From assembly GCA_018394315.1 (NCBI GenBank), contig CP074575.1, positions 62,001 through 126,000 on the forward strand: a stretch of 64,000 nucleotides of DNA. The letters run 5' to 3'. The notes beneath the pieces were generated by a model. It saw only the letters and a list, made by a program, of their open reading frames with translations, did no database searches and was not told where the DNA came from. A program made the translations under genes and the position numbers. The stretch comes from Mycoplasmatota bacterium (GTDB taxonomy: Bacteria; Bacillota_I; Bacilli_A; MAG-NZ). How positions within the stretch are numbered: position 1 is the first letter of the stretch; each line of letters opens with the position of its first letter. This document shows positions 1 through 11,077 of this stretch, one piece after another.

Positions 1-635
1 ACACATTTTTCTAAAGTCTTGTCTGAAACCGTAAATGAAGCATGAATACCAAACATTCCTTTGATCATATCGCTTTCATCATTATTAGCATATTTAATGA
101 AATCAACATTTTCTTGAATAGCTTGGTTACAAATCTCTTCACCGTCTCTATCAGAAACTTCATAACATAAAGAAGCTCTTAAACCTAATTCTTTAGCTAC
201 ATCAGCTAAGGTGAATAAACTTTTTTCTACAGAGTTTTGACTAGCGTGATGATCAATAACTGTAGTAACACCATTTTTTATGCTATCCATAAAAGTTGCA
301 TAAGCGCTATATTTAACATCTTCTAAATTTAAAACCTTATCAACTCTCCACCAAAGATTTTCTAAGATTTCTCCAAAATCCTTAGATGGCTTAGAATCTT
401 TTAAAATCATTCCTCTAGCAAAAGCGCTATAAATATGATGATGAGTATTAATTAGTCCAGGCATTATAACTGAACCTTTTGCATCAATAAATTCAGAGTC
501 AGTGTACTTTTCTTTCATATCTTGAGTCTTACCATAGTCAGTTATAAGATTACCATCAACTACTACACATCCATCAAACAACAGCGGAGTTTCTGAATTT
601 CTTGTTATTAATATTCCATTTCCAATTAATTTCAT
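1..635 (-). CDS. ssnA: SsnA-like amidohydrolase (N-terminal part; runs off window start)
   Basis: Manual translation from ATG at 635 (AGGAG SD): MKLIGNGILITRN...IMPGLINTHHHIYSAFARG; HxH metal motif of amidohydrolases; context with ygeW/ygeY. Confidence 0.85.
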   Translation of the reverse strand, partial: MKLIGNGILITRNSETPLLFDGCVVVDGNLITDYGKTQDMKEKYTDSEFIDAKGSVIMPGLINTHHHIYSAFARGMILKDSKPSKDFGEILENLWWRVDKVLNLEDVKYSAYATFMDSIKNGVTTVIDHHASQNSVEKSLFTLADVAKELGLRASLCYEVSDRDGEEICNQAIQENVDFIKYANNDESDMIKGMFGIHASFTVSDKTLEKC

Positions 636-688
636 TTACTTCTCACTCCTTTTTATTTTTTTAGAGAAAGAATCCTTAATAAAGGATT

Positions 689-1882
689 CTACTCAAAGTG
701 TCTAACTGTACCTTTATCTAATAATTTAGTTAAAGTTTCTTTTGGATTCTTAACTTTACTTAAGAACATCATAGCCGCAATTATATATGGTTTATAACTT
801 GCTTCTTTATATGTTGGAACTCTATATCTATCAAATACTGATGCAGCTACTTCTCCAGCTTCACAACTTACATCAGTTATATCAGCAGGTAAACAGTGCA
901 TGTATAATGCCTTACCATTCTTTGTTAGTTTCATCATTTCCTCAGTACATTCCCAGTCCTTATGATTTGCGTTCTGAGCTAACAATTCTTTTTCTAATTC
1001 ATCAATTCCATCGAAGTCTCGTTTTCCATATAAATCAGTTCTTTTCTCCATAGCTACAAATGGAGCCCATGATTTTGGATATACGATATCTGCATCTTTA
1101 AATGCTTCTTCCATTGAATTAGTTTTAGTAAATGATCCACCTGACTTTTTAGCATTTTCTTTAGCTACTTCTTCAACATCTGACATTATTTCATATCCTT
1201 TAGGATGTGCTAATACTACATCCATCCCAAATCTTGTCATTAGTCCTACTATACCTTGTGGTACTGATAATGGTTTACCGTATGATGGTGAGTATGCCCA
1301 AGTCATAGCAATTTTCTTACCTTTAAGATTCTCTACACCACCAAACTCATTGATTAGATGTAACATGTCAGACATTGATTGAGTTGGATGATCGATATCA
1401 CATTGTAAGTTTACTAAAGTTGGTCTTTGTTCTAACACACCATCATTATTACCTTCTACAACTGATTTCGATACTTCTCTCATATATGTATTTCCTTTAC
1501 CGATATACATATCATCTCTAATACCAATGACATCTGCCATAAATGAAATCATATTAGCTGTTTCTCTTACTGTTTCTCCGTGTGCTACTTGTGATTTTCC
1601 TTCATCTAAATCTTGTACTTCTAATCCTAATAAGTTACATGCACTTGAGAAACTAAATCTTGTTCTTGTTGAATTATCTCTAAATAATGAAATCCCTAAT
1701 CCACTATCAAAGATTTTTGTTGATATATTTTGTTCTCTCATTCCTCTTAATATATCAGCTACTTTATATACTGATGCGATTTCATCATCACTTTTTTCCC
1801 AAGTTAGCAAGAAATCATCGTTATGCATTTTACTGTGATCTAGTTTACCTAGTTCATCAATCATATTTTTAATATCTTTCAT
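689..1882 (-). CDS. ygeW: YgeW-type knotted carbamoyltransferase
   Basis: STRTR, HPTQ and HCLP motifs, WAYSPSYGKPLSVPQG; start moved to the ATG after GGAGG. Confidence 0.93.
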   Translation of the reverse strand: MKDIKNMIDELGKLDHSKMHNDDFLLTWEKSDDEIASVYKVADILRGMREQNISTKIFDSGLGISLFRDNSTRTRFSFSSACNLLGLEVQDLDEGKSQVAHGETVRETANMISFMADVIGIRDDMYIGKGNTYMREVSKSVVEGNNDGVLEQRPTLVNLQCDIDHPTQSMSDMLHLINEFGGVENLKGKKIAMTWAYSPSYGKPLSVPQGIVGLMTRFGMDVVLAHPKGYEIMSDVEEVAKENAKKSGGSFTKTNSMEEAFKDADIVYPKSWAPFVAMEKRTDLYGKRDFDGIDELEKELLAQNANHKDWECTEEMMKLTKNGKALYMHCLPADITDVSCEAGEVAASVFDRYRVPTYKEASYKPYIIAAMMFLSKVKNPKETLTKLLDKGTVRHFE

Positions 1883-1893
1883 GTTACCCTCCA

Positions 1894-3084
1894 TTATTTA
1901 ACGTACATAGTTGGTAATGCAGCGTATACTGCAGCACACTTAACTAAGTCCGCCTTCCAAGTTTTTTCATTAGGTGCATGTGCTTCCTCTTCTTTACCTG
2001 GTCCAAATCCGATACATGGTATTTCTTCTCTACCCATGATTGATACTCCATTTGTTGAGAATGTCCATTTATCTACTTTAGGTGTCCCATACATACCTTC
2101 ATATGCTTTCACCATTGCTTTTGTTGCATCGTGCTCTTCTGGTAATACCCATGTTGGGAAGTAACAATCTGTTTCATATACTAATCCTGTATAAGCAGGT
2201 CTATCATATTTATACATTGATACTACTGCATTATGTTTTTTTACTGCCGGTAAATCTCTTATTTCTTCTAATGCTGATAAATAAGTTTCTCCATCAGTAA
2301 GTCTTCTATCAATTGAAATTGCACAACTATCAGCTACTGCACATCGTGATGGTGACGTGAAGAATATTTCTGATACAGCTAAAGTACCTTTACCTAAAAA
2401 TTCATCATGATGTAATTTATCATTTAAAGCTTCAACCTCTTTTAAAATCTCAGCCATTTTATATATTGCATTAGATCCACGTTCTGGTGCTGAACCATGA
2501 CAAGATACTCCAGCTACATCTACTCTTATTTCCATTCTTCCTCTTTGACCACGGTAGATGTTTCCATTTGTTGGTTCTGTTATTACTACAAACTCAGGTC
2601 TAACTTTATCTTCATTAATAATATATTGCCAACATAAACCATCACAGTCTTCTTCTTGTACTGTACCAGTTACTAATACTGTGTAACCATCTATTAAATC
2701 TAAGTCTTTCATGATTTTAGCTCCATACACTGATGATACAATTCCACCTAACTGGTCAGACGCTCCACGTCCACCAATTTCTTCTTCAGTTTCATATCCT
2801 TCATATGGATCAAACTCCCAGTTATCTAAATTACCTACACCAACAGTATCAATGTGCGCATCATATGCGATTAAAGTTCCACCAGTACCCATATAACCTA
2901 ATACATTTCCTTGAGGGTCAATTTCTACTTTATCGAATCCTACTTTTTCCATTTCCTCTTTAATTCTTAATACTGTTTTTTCCTCATCACAGCTTTCTCC
3001 TGGTATTCTGATTAAATCTCTTAAAAACTTAGTCATGTCAGCTTTGTAACTTTCTGCTTTGTTTTTTACTTCTGTAAAATTCAT
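1894..3084 (-). CDS. ygeY: YgeY-family M20 metallohydrolase
   Basis: [32 protein letters not shown] motifs; cluster context. Confidence 0.92.
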   Translation of the reverse strand: MNFTEVKNKAESYKADMTKFLRDLIRIPGESCDEEKTVLRIKEEMEKVGFDKVEIDPQGNVLGYMGTGGTLIAYDAHIDTVGVGNLDNWEFDPYEGYETEEEIGGRGASDQLGGIVSSVYGAKIMKDLDLIDGYTVLVTGTVQEEDCDGLCWQYIINEDKVRPEFVVITEPTNGNIYRGQRGRMEIRVDVAGVSCHGSAPERGSNAIYKMAEILKEVEALNDKLHHDEFLGKGTLAVSEIFFTSPSRCAVADSCAISIDRRLTDGETYLSALEEIRDLPAVKKHNAVVSMYKYDRPAYTGLVYETDCYFPTWVLPEEHDATKAMVKAYEGMYGTPKVDKWTFSTNGVSIMGREEIPCIGFGPGKEEEAHAPNEKTWKADLVKCAAVYAALPTMYVK

Positions 3085-3096
3085 TAGAACCTCCAT

Positions 3097-4296
3097 TTAT
3101 TTACTATTATATTTTCCATACCAAACTACATCTCTATAGTTCACACTATCTGTATCTCCTTCAGTGCTAAATAATAAAACCACTGAATTTTCATCTAAAT
3201 CTAATTTATTCCTTAAATCATCTTTCATTACTGAATCCATAAATCCAGTACCAATTGAACCAGATTCACCTGAAGTAATAGAATTATCACTAGGTAATGG
3301 ATTACCTAAAATTCTCATACCATTTGCAGCCAAAGTATCATCGCATGATATAAAACCATCAGCAAAGTTTCTTATTACTTCCCATGATATTGGATTAGGT
3401 ACACCACAAGAAAGTCCAGCACTTATACTATCCATATCACCCTCGATACTTCTTGGTTTATAGTCATTAGCCATTCCAGACTGATAATAACAATTAGCTT
3501 GATGTGGTTCTAAAGTATAAAACTTAGGACAATTTGGGTAAGTATGATTTATAAATACCCCCATTGCTGATGCAGCCATTGAACCTACACCCGCTTGTAA
3601 GAATATGTGTGTAGGCTTAAGATTAAGTTCTTTAAGTTGGTTAAATGCTTCATAAGCCATAGTTGCATAACCTTGCATTACCCATGTAGCTACTTCTGGA
3701 TCACCCTCTGCAGCCGTATCTAAAATAACTTCCCAACCTTTTTCTTTACCTAATCTATTTACTTCACTTACACATCCATCATAATTCATATCAGTTACAA
3801 GAACTATACCACCTAACTCTTCAATCGCAGTAACTCTATCTTTTACTGTACCTTTAGGCATATAAACTATAGATTCTTGATTGAACTCGTTTGCCGCCCA
3901 TGCTACTGATTTACCGTGATTACCATCAGATGCAGCTGCAAACACTAAATTACCTAGTTTCTTCTTAACTTCATCTGATTTTAAATAATCAAAATCAATT
4001 TCACTTATATCTAAATCTAATTTCTTACATATACTTGAAGCAACTGAATATGCTCCACCTAATAATTTAAATGCTTTTAAGTTTCCTCGTTTTGATTCAT
4101 CTTTAACTAGTAATTCTTTTATTCCTAAATGATTGGCTAGACCTTTTAATCTTTCTAAAGGTGTTACATTATATAATTCACCCATAGACTTATGGAAAGC
4201 CTCTATTTTCTTAGTGTTCTCTTTAGAAAATAATTCAGTAGCTTCATTTAATAAATCTGATTTCATTTGGTTTTTACAATATCTTATTTTATCCAT
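3097..4296 (-). CDS. dpaL: Diaminopropionate ammonia-lyase
   Basis: KDESKR..LKAFKLLG (PLP Lys), DGNHG, QAGVGS, GESG, STEGDTD. Confidence 0.9.
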   Translation of the reverse strand: MDKIRYCKNQMKSDLLNEATELFSKENTKKIEAFHKSMGELYNVTPLERLKGLANHLGIKELLVKDESKRGNLKAFKLLGGAYSVASSICKKLDLDISEIDFDYLKSDEVKKKLGNLVFAAASDGNHGKSVAWAANEFNQESIVYMPKGTVKDRVTAIEELGGIVLVTDMNYDGCVSEVNRLGKEKGWEVILDTAAEGDPEVATWVMQGYATMAYEAFNQLKELNLKPTHIFLQAGVGSMAASAMGVFINHTYPNCPKFYTLEPHQANCYYQSGMANDYKPRSIEGDMDSISAGLSCGVPNPISWEVIRNFADGFISCDDTLAANGMRILGNPLPSDNSITSGESGSIGTGFMDSVMKDDLRNKLDLDENSVVLLFSTEGDTDSVNYRDVVWYGKYNSK

Positions 4297-4309
4297 CAGA
4301 CTCTCCTTA

Positions 4310-5782
4310 TTACTTACTATTTTTTACTCTTTCGTTAAACTGTTCTATAAGTTCATCTAGTTTTTCTGCAGCTTTTGGAATGTTAGTCCAATATGTTTCA
4401 TCATCCCACTGTGCTAATATTTCTTCATATGTTTTTCCTTGTTGTTCAATCCAAGTATAATATTTTAAGTTATGAACTGTTTTTCTGTCATAATAATTTA
4501 ATTCTTTAATGTAATCAATGTTTACACCTTTAAAGTATCTTTCGTATACACCGAATGCATCATACGAAGAGAATTCTCCTCTTTCTTCGTTTAACTCTTC
4601 TAATCTACTTTGATACATTTCAATTGAATCTGTAAGTATAGTAACAACTACATCATCTTCACCTAATTCAAAATACTTAGCAAACTTAATAGCAGAAATG
4701 ATATTAGCAGCTCCTGAGATTCCTACCCAGTTTAATTTTTCTATTATATCTTCAGATACACCTTTATTTCTTAATAACTCAATTCCTTCTTTTTCATTGA
4801 ACATTCTAATCCAGTTCATTGGTGCTTCATCATCAATAGCTACTGCTAGATCTGTATTTTTAACATTATGGATCCAAGGGATATGTTTATCACCAATACC
4901 TTCGATTCTATGATCACCAAATCCATTATTATAAATTGTTGGACACTGCAGAGCTTCTGAAGCAGCTATTTTAGAGAATGGGAATTTTGTTTTTAAGTAA
5001 TCCCCAGCTGCGATAGTTCCACCTGAACCAGTAGCACTGATATACCCTTTAAAGTTTCCACCAACAGCATTGATAACTTCTTCCATAGCTGAACCAGTTA
5101 CTTCATGATGCCATAGATAGTTACCAAACTCTTCAAACTGATTGAAGATCATTAAATCTTCACCTGAGTTTCTAAGTTCCCAGCATTTATCAAAAATTTC
5201 TTTTACGTTACTTTCACAACCTGGTGTTTTAATAGTTTCACCAGCCACTTTTTCTAACCATTCAAATCTTTCTTTTGACATTCCCTCTGGTAATATAGCG
5301 ATTGAATCACATGATAATAAAGCTGAATCATATGCTCCACCTCTACAGTAGTTACCAGTTGATGGCCATACTGCTTTAGTTGTAGTTGGATCGAATTGTC
5401 CTGTTACTAGTCTTGGTACTAAACAAGCAAATGCTGCACCTACTTTATGTGCACCAGTTGGGAATAGCTTACCACTTACAGCTACAACCTTTGCTTTAAC
5501 ACCTGTAATTTCTTCAGGTAATACTACATAGTTACAATCACTAAATCCTCCACCGTCGTTAAGTGAATCATTATGCCAGTTAATACGGAATAGATTTAAA
5601 GGATCAATATCCCATAAACCAATGTTCTTTAATTTTTCTTTAATGTCCTGAGGAATAAGTCCTGGATTCTTCATCTGTTTAAAAGTAGGTATTATTATTC
5701 CTTGTTCCTTCGCTCTTTTTATTGCATTCTCAAGTTTTTCTTCATTGATTGTTAAGTCAATTAAATTAAAGTCTTTTTTCAT
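4310..5782 (-). CDS. Fold-type II PLP-dependent enzyme (cysteine synthase/beta-family-like)
   Basis: FPTGAHK, WPSTGNY, TGSGGT, IEGIG motifs. Confidence 0.8.
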   Translation of the reverse strand: MKKDFNLIDLTINEEKLENAIKRAKEQGIIIPTFKQMKNPGLIPQDIKEKLKNIGLWDIDPLNLFRINWHNDSLNDGGGFSDCNYVVLPEEITGVKAKVVAVSGKLFPTGAHKVGAAFACLVPRLVTGQFDPTTTKAVWPSTGNYCRGGAYDSALLSCDSIAILPEGMSKERFEWLEKVAGETIKTPGCESNVKEIFDKCWELRNSGEDLMIFNQFEEFGNYLWHHEVTGSAMEEVINAVGGNFKGYISATGSGGTIAAGDYLKTKFPFSKIAASEALQCPTIYNNGFGDHRIEGIGDKHIPWIHNVKNTDLAVAIDDEAPMNWIRMFNEKEGIELLRNKGVSEDIIEKLNWVGISGAANIISAIKFAKYFELGEDDVVVTILTDSIEMYQSRLEELNEERGEFSSYDAFGVYERYFKGVNIDYIKELNYYDRKTVHNLKYYTWIEQQGKTYEEILAQWDDETYWTNIPKAAEKLDELIEQFNERVKNSK

Positions 5783-5824
5783 AATAACCTCCATAATTAT
5801 TATTATACGTTTTGGATAAATTAG

Positions 5825-5940
5825 TAATATTTAAAAAAAACTATCCCCTATTAAGTAATTCTTAGACAATTTAGTCTAGAGAATAGCAAGCCGTTACTAT
5901 CATAGCTCGCATACTTAATAACTGATAGTTTTAGATATTA
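5825..5940 (-). promoter_or_regulatory. Structured 5' leader (three-way junction followed by U-tract); candidate riboswitch/attenuator
   Basis: Nested inverted repeats UAUUAAGUA/UACUUAAUA, GCGAGC/GCUUGC (G-U on the minus strand), AUUCU-UAGAC/GUCUA-AGAAU, outer AACUAUC/GAUAGUU, U8 tract. Confidence 0.55.
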
Positions 5941-5960
5941 ATATTCAGTTTTACACCTTC

Positions 5961-5989
5961 ATTTTATCATTCAGAGAAATCCATTACAA
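5961..5989 (-). promoter_or_regulatory. Sigma70/SigA-type promoter for the PLP enzyme-dpaL-ygeY-ygeW-ssnA operon
   Basis: Minus strand TTGTAA-17 nt-TAAAAT with extended TG. Confidence 0.55.
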
Positions 5990-6067
5990 GTGCTTTTTTA
6001 TACTTTCAAATCATATTAGTTGACAAAATTTGCGCTATTCATAAGATAAATGCTTTTAATTATTTAA

Positions 6068-8611
6068 TTATTTCTTGTAAGGTGTATCTTCTAATGGTAA
6101 AGATAATCTAAGTAATCCATCAAATTTTCTATATGCGCTAGCTATAGCTGCAGCCGTTGGAATACTTGAGATTTCTCCAATACCTTTAGCGCCATAAGCT
6201 AATTTAGATTGATTCTTTTCTATAATAATTGGGTCTATATTTGGAACATTGATTGATCTAAATAAACCAAGAGTACCAAACTTAGACTTAAGTTTACCTT
6301 TATCTAAAACAAAGTTTTCGGTTAAGGCATAACCTAAACTCATTACTACTCCACCTTCAATTTGACCTTCTATGTTTATTGGATTAATCGCTCTACCTAT
6401 ATCATGTGCAGCTACAACCTTCTCAATTTTCTTATCTTCATTCAATACAACTAACTGAGTCGCAAAACTATACGCAACATGATTTCTTGGATGTTCTTTA
6501 TCAGATTTTAAAGAATCTGTAACACCAAAGTATTCACCAACAAACTCATGACCATTCAGTTCATCAATTGTTTTATTCCTAAGTTCTTCATTTAATTTAA
6601 GTGCAGCTTGGCGAGTAGCTTCACCTGTAAACATAGTTTGTCTAGAAGCAGTTGTAGCTCCTGCATCAGGTGTATAAATACTATCTGAAGCTGACATTTT
6701 TATTGGTAGTTCAGTTTCTAAGGTTTCAGAAACAATTTGAATCATCGCAGTACTTAGTCCTTGACCGATTCTAGCAGCTGAAGTATAAACAACAACACTG
6801 CCGTCTTCTACAATTAATTTACATCTACCAACATCAACTAAACCTACACCGATTCCGGTATTTTTATGAGCACAAGCAATACCGACAAAATCATTCTTGA
6901 AGAATTCATCTTTAACAGCCATTAAAGTTTCTTTTAACGCAACATCATCTTCACATAATTGACCTGTTGGTAAATAAGCTCCTGGTTCTACTGCATTTTG
7001 ATATCTCATTGTCCATCTATCGATACCTACTTTATCAGCAAGTAAATCTATACATGTTTCTCTTGGAAAATTTGACTGCGGTACACCAAAACCTCTAAAT
7101 GCACCTGCTGGAGGATTATTTGTATAAACACATAACCCTTCCAAATCAATATTTTTAATTTTATATGGTCCTGCTGCATGTGTACATGCTCTTTCTAAAA
7201 CTGCAGTACCTAAAGAAGCATAAGCTCCAGTATCAGCAATTATATTAGCTTTAACAAAAGTTAAATAACCATCTTTATCACACCCAACAGTCATTTTAAT
7301 ATCCATCGCATGTCTTTTAGGATGAACTTTTAAACTATCTTCTCTAGATAAAGTAATCTTAACAGGTTTTTTAGTATAGTAAGTTAAAAGTGCTGCGTGA
7401 TGTTGGATACTTAAATCTTCCTTACCACCAAATCCTCCACCAATTTCTTTACTTTCTACTCTAATCTCTTCATGTGATAAACCTAATACTCTTACAAGTT
7501 CATGGTGATCGTGATGTACACTTTGTGAACCAGAATAAACTACTAGCACTCCATCTTCATAAAAGGAAACTGTACTTTCTGGTTCTAAGAATGCGTGATC
7601 TGTCGCTGGTGTTGAAAAAGTATGTTCTACAACATGTTTAGAATTTTTAATCGCTTCTTCAACATCACCTTTTTGAACATGTGTTCTACTTAAAAGATTT
7701 CCGTCTTCATGAATCTTGTCTGCATCTACTTCTAAAGCATCTTTAGGAGAAGTAACCGGTTCTAATTCTTCATACTTAACTTCGATTTTACTTAAAGCTT
7801 CTTTAGCAAGTTTCTTAGTCTTAGCAGCTACAATCGCGATCGCATCTCCAATATATCTAGTCTCTTCACCAGCAGGTACCATTGTAGGCCAGTCCTTAAA
7901 AATATAACCTTGATAGTTTTCACCAGGTACATCTTCAGAAGTTAATACCACTTCTACTCCATCTATAGACTTAGCTAGTGATGTATTAATACTTAAAATT
8001 TTAGCTCTAGGAACATCTAATCTATAAACAGCTCCATAAAGCATATCTTCTAAATATACGTCATCTGCATATATTGCTTCACCCTTAGCTTTAGCATTAG
8101 CATCAACTCTAACCATAGATGCACCTACATTACGAGAATCATCAAACTCTATTTTCTCATCTTCATTAAAGGCTTCAGCAGCTAACATAATTGCATCTAT
8201 TATTTTTACATATCCAGTACACCTACACAAATTTAATCTTATAGCTTTTTTAGCTTCTTCTCTTGTAGGGTTTGGATTATTATCAATTAAACCTTTAGCG
8301 CTAATAATCATTCCTGGGATACAGAACCCACATTGGACTGCACCAACTTTAGCAAATGCATCTGCATAAACTTGTTTTTCAGCTTTATCTACACCCTCTA
8401 AAGTAACTATACTTTTACCATTTACTTTCTCTAAAGTTAATGTACAAGCTCTTTTAGGTTTTGAATCTACTAAAATGGTACAAGTACCACATACACCTTC
8501 GTTACATCCATTTTTAACAGATGTTAATTTCATTTTATCTCTTAAATATTCTAGTAAATTCAAACCATCTTCGTCTTTTATTTTCTTACCATTTAAAATA
8601 AATTCGCTCAT
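6068..8611 (-). CDS. xdh: Selenium-dependent-type xanthine dehydrogenase / molybdenum hydroxylase (2Fe-2S + Mo-binding fusion)
   Basis: GCNEGVCGTC, QCGFC, NLCRCTGY, GGGFGGK, AFRGFG, KGIGE. Confidence 0.85.
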   Translation of the reverse strand: MSEFILNGKKIKDEDGLNLLEYLRDKMKLTSVKNGCNEGVCGTCTILVDSKPKRACTLTLEKVNGKSIVTLEGVDKAEKQVYADAFAKVGAVQCGFCIPGMIISAKGLIDNNPNPTREEAKKAIRLNLCRCTGYVKIIDAIMLAAEAFNEDEKIEFDDSRNVGASMVRVDANAKAKGEAIYADDVYLEDMLYGAVYRLDVPRAKILSINTSLAKSIDGVEVVLTSEDVPGENYQGYIFKDWPTMVPAGEETRYIGDAIAIVAAKTKKLAKEALSKIEVKYEELEPVTSPKDALEVDADKIHEDGNLLSRTHVQKGDVEEAIKNSKHVVEHTFSTPATDHAFLEPESTVSFYEDGVLVVYSGSQSVHHDHHELVRVLGLSHEEIRVESKEIGGGFGGKEDLSIQHHAALLTYYTKKPVKITLSREDSLKVHPKRHAMDIKMTVGCDKDGYLTFVKANIIADTGAYASLGTAVLERACTHAAGPYKIKNIDLEGLCVYTNNPPAGAFRGFGVPQSNFPRETCIDLLADKVGIDRWTMRYQNAVEPGAYLPTGQLCEDDVALKETLMAVKDEFFKNDFVGIACAHKNTGIGVGLVDVGRCKLIVEDGSVVVYTSAARIGQGLSTAMIQIVSETLETELPIKMSASDSIYTPDAGATTASRQTMFTGEATRQAALKLNEELRNKTIDELNGHEFVGEYFGVTDSLKSDKEHPRNHVAYSFATQLVVLNEDKKIEKVVAAHDIGRAINPINIEGQIEGGVVMSLGYALTENFVLDKGKLKSKFGTLGLFRSINVPNIDPIIIEKNQSKLAYGAKGIGEISSIPTAAAIASAYRKFDGLLRLSLPLEDTPYKK

Positions 8612-8785
8612 AATTAGCTCCTTTCACAAACTTGTTCTGTTATCTTTATCATACTACAAATTCAATTTTTTTTGCATATTATATAAAAAAATCAAAATTC
8701 TAATACTAGCAGGAAAAATTTACACCTTATGAAATTTGTGTTAACATATACTCAGTCAAGAACTCTAAAAAAGGAGATGAAATAT

Positions 8786-11065
8786 ATGACAATTGGTAAG
8801 AACATACCTAGAGTTGATGCATTTGATAAAGTCACAGGAAGAGCAAAATATGCAGATGATTTAGTACCAACTGGAACGTTGATTGCAAAGGTTTTACACA
8901 GTACTATTGCCAATGGTTTAGTAAAAAAAATTGATACATCAAAAGCAAAACAAGTACCTGGAGTTATTGAAGTATTCACGTGTTTTGATGTACCAGATAT
9001 AGTTTTTCCTACCGCAGGTCATCCATGGTCAACTAACATCGCTAATCATGATATAGCTGATAGGAAATTACTAAATACACGCGTTAGATACTATGGTGAT
9101 GACATCGCGGTAGTAGTTGCAGAAAATGAATTAACTGCAACTGAAGCTCTTAAATTAATTGAAGTAGAATATGAAGAATATACGCCTTTACTTACAATTG
9201 AAGATGCAATGAATGGTGACGCACTTCATGAAGAATATCCAAATAATATTTTAGCTAGTACTAAATATAATGTTGGTGGTGTTTCTTTTGAGGAAGCACT
9301 TGAAAATAATGATGTTAAGATATTCGAAGATGAATTCGAAGTTCCAACAGTTCAGCATTGCTTCATGGAAAATCCTAACTCTTACGCTTATATGGAAAGT
9401 GGAAAAATAGTTGTAGTTACATCAACACAAATTCCTCATATCGTAAGAAGAGTAATTGGTCAAGCTTTAGATATTCCTTGGGGACAAGTAAGAGTAATTA
9501 AACCTTATATAGGTGGTGGTTTTGGAGCTAAACAAGACGTATTATACGAGCCACTTAACGCTTGGGTTTCTAAAATGCTTGGTGGAAAATGTGTTAAATT
9601 AGAATTAACTCGAGAAGAAGGTTTCATTAACACAAGAGTAAGACACGCGATGAAAATACATATAAAATCTGCAGTAAGTGAAAACGGTAGATTAATAGCT
9701 AGAAAAGTTAAGATGTTTTCTAATCAAGGTGGGTATGCTTCACATGGACATTCAGTTGTTGCGGGAGCTGCACACGTAGTTAAACAATTATACCAAGATG
9801 AAGTAGCTACTGATGTTGAATTTACTACAGTATTTACAAACCTACCTGTAGCTGGAGCAATGAGAGGATACGGTGTTCCTCAAATCACTTTTGCATTAGA
9901 AGCTCATATGGAAAATGTAGCTAAAGAAATGAATTTCGATAATATTGAATTAAGAAAGATAAACATGATAAAAGAAGGTTTTGTAGATCCACTTAATTCA
10001 ATTCCGAGTCTAACAAATGAATTAGATCAATGTATTGAAATTGGTGCGAAGCACTTAAACTTTAGAGAAAAGCATAAGAAATATTCAAACCAAGAAGGGC
10101 ACATTAGAAAAGGTGTTGGTTGTGCGATATTCTCATATAAAACTGGTGTTTATCCTATATCACTTGAAACAGCTAGTTGTAGAATGATACTTAATCAAGA
10201 TGGCTCAATTCAAGTTCAGGTAGGAGCAACTGAAATTGGTCAAGGTGCTGATACGGTATTTACGCAAATGGCAGCAGAAATTACCGGAATTACTTATGAT
10301 AAAGTTTATATTATGTCAGCACAAGACACTGATGTTACTCCGTATGACTCTGGAGCATATGCATCACGTCAAACATATGTGTCAGGTCATGCAGTTAAGA
10401 AATGTGGATTAGAACTAAAACAAAAAATCCTTGATTATGCTAATTACTTAAAGGAATCTGAAATAGCTGTTGATATCAAGGAAAATCACGTCCTTGATAA
10501 AGACGGTAACAAGATAATTCATGTAAGCGAAGTAGCGTTAGAATCATTCTATCATAGAGAAAATTCAAAACATATCGCAGCTGAAGCAACACATCACTGT
10601 GATACAAATACAATTTCTCATGGGACAACATTCGTTGAGATTGAAGTAGACTTAAAATTAGGTTTAGTTAAGATTTTAGATATCATTAACGTTCACGATA
10701 GTGGAACAATAATAAATCCAAAAACTGCCCTTGGGCAAGTACACGGTGGAATGAGTATGGGAATTGCATACGCACTTTCAGAAGAACTATTATTCAATCC
10801 AAAAACAGGTGAAGCATATAACGGAGACTTATTAGGATATAAAATACCAACATCATTAGATTCACCAGACATTTCATGTAAGTTCGTTGAAAAATATGAC
10901 CCAAGTGGACCATTTGGAAATAAAGCTTTAGGTGAACCACCAACAGTTCCAGTAGCACCAGCAATCAGAAACGCATTATTTAATGCTACTGGAATTAAAT
11001 ATAACCAAATACCACTTACACCAGAAAGAATATTTAATAAAGTAAAAGATAAGGGTCTTATCTAG
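8786..11065 (+). CDS. xdhA: Xanthine dehydrogenase molybdopterin-binding subunit
   Basis: GGGFGAKQ, AMRGYG, GAYASRQT, KALGE; AGGAG SD before ATG 8786. Confidence 0.9.
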   Translation: MTIGKNIPRVDAFDKVTGRAKYADDLVPTGTLIAKVLHSTIANGLVKKIDTSKAKQVPGVIEVFTCFDVPDIVFPTAGHPWSTNIANHDIADRKLLNTRVRYYGDDIAVVVAENELTATEALKLIEVEYEEYTPLLTIEDAMNGDALHEEYPNNILASTKYNVGGVSFEEALENNDVKIFEDEFEVPTVQHCFMENPNSYAYMESGKIVVVTSTQIPHIVRRVIGQALDIPWGQVRVIKPYIGGGFGAKQDVLYEPLNAWVSKMLGGKCVKLELTREEGFINTRVRHAMKIHIKSAVSENGRLIARKVKMFSNQGGYASHGHSVVAGAAHVVKQLYQDEVATDVEFTTVFTNLPVAGAMRGYGVPQITFALEAHMENVAKEMNFDNIELRKINMIKEGFVDPLNSIPSLTNELDQCIEIGAKHLNFREKHKKYSNQEGHIRKGVGCAIFSYKTGVYPISLETASCRMILNQDGSIQVQVGATEIGQGADTVFTQMAAEITGITYDKVYIMSAQDTDVTPYDSGAYASRQTYVSGHAVKKCGLELKQKILDYANYLKESEIAVDIKENHVLDKDGNKIIHVSEVALESFYHRENSKHIAAEATHHCDTNTISHGTTFVEIEVDLKLGLVKILDIINVHDSGTIINPKTALGQVHGGMSMGIAYALSEELLFNPKTGEAYNGDLLGYKIPTSLDSPDISCKFVEKYDPSGPFGNKALGEPPTVPVAPAIRNALFNATGIKYNQIPLTPERIFNKVKDKGLI

Positions 11066-11077
11066 AAAGGAATTCTT

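Noticed and set aside
5825..5940. Canonical purine or Moco riboswitch
   Set aside because: Conserved core nucleotides of these classes are not present; kept only as an unknown structured leader
6020..6047. Antisense promoter (TTGACA-16-TAAGAT) into the xdh 3' end
   Set aside because: Suboptimal spacing; such matches are expected by chance at this AT content
6068..11065. Selenocysteine read-through in the xdh genes
   Set aside because: ORFs are uninterrupted; no in-frame TGA is needed
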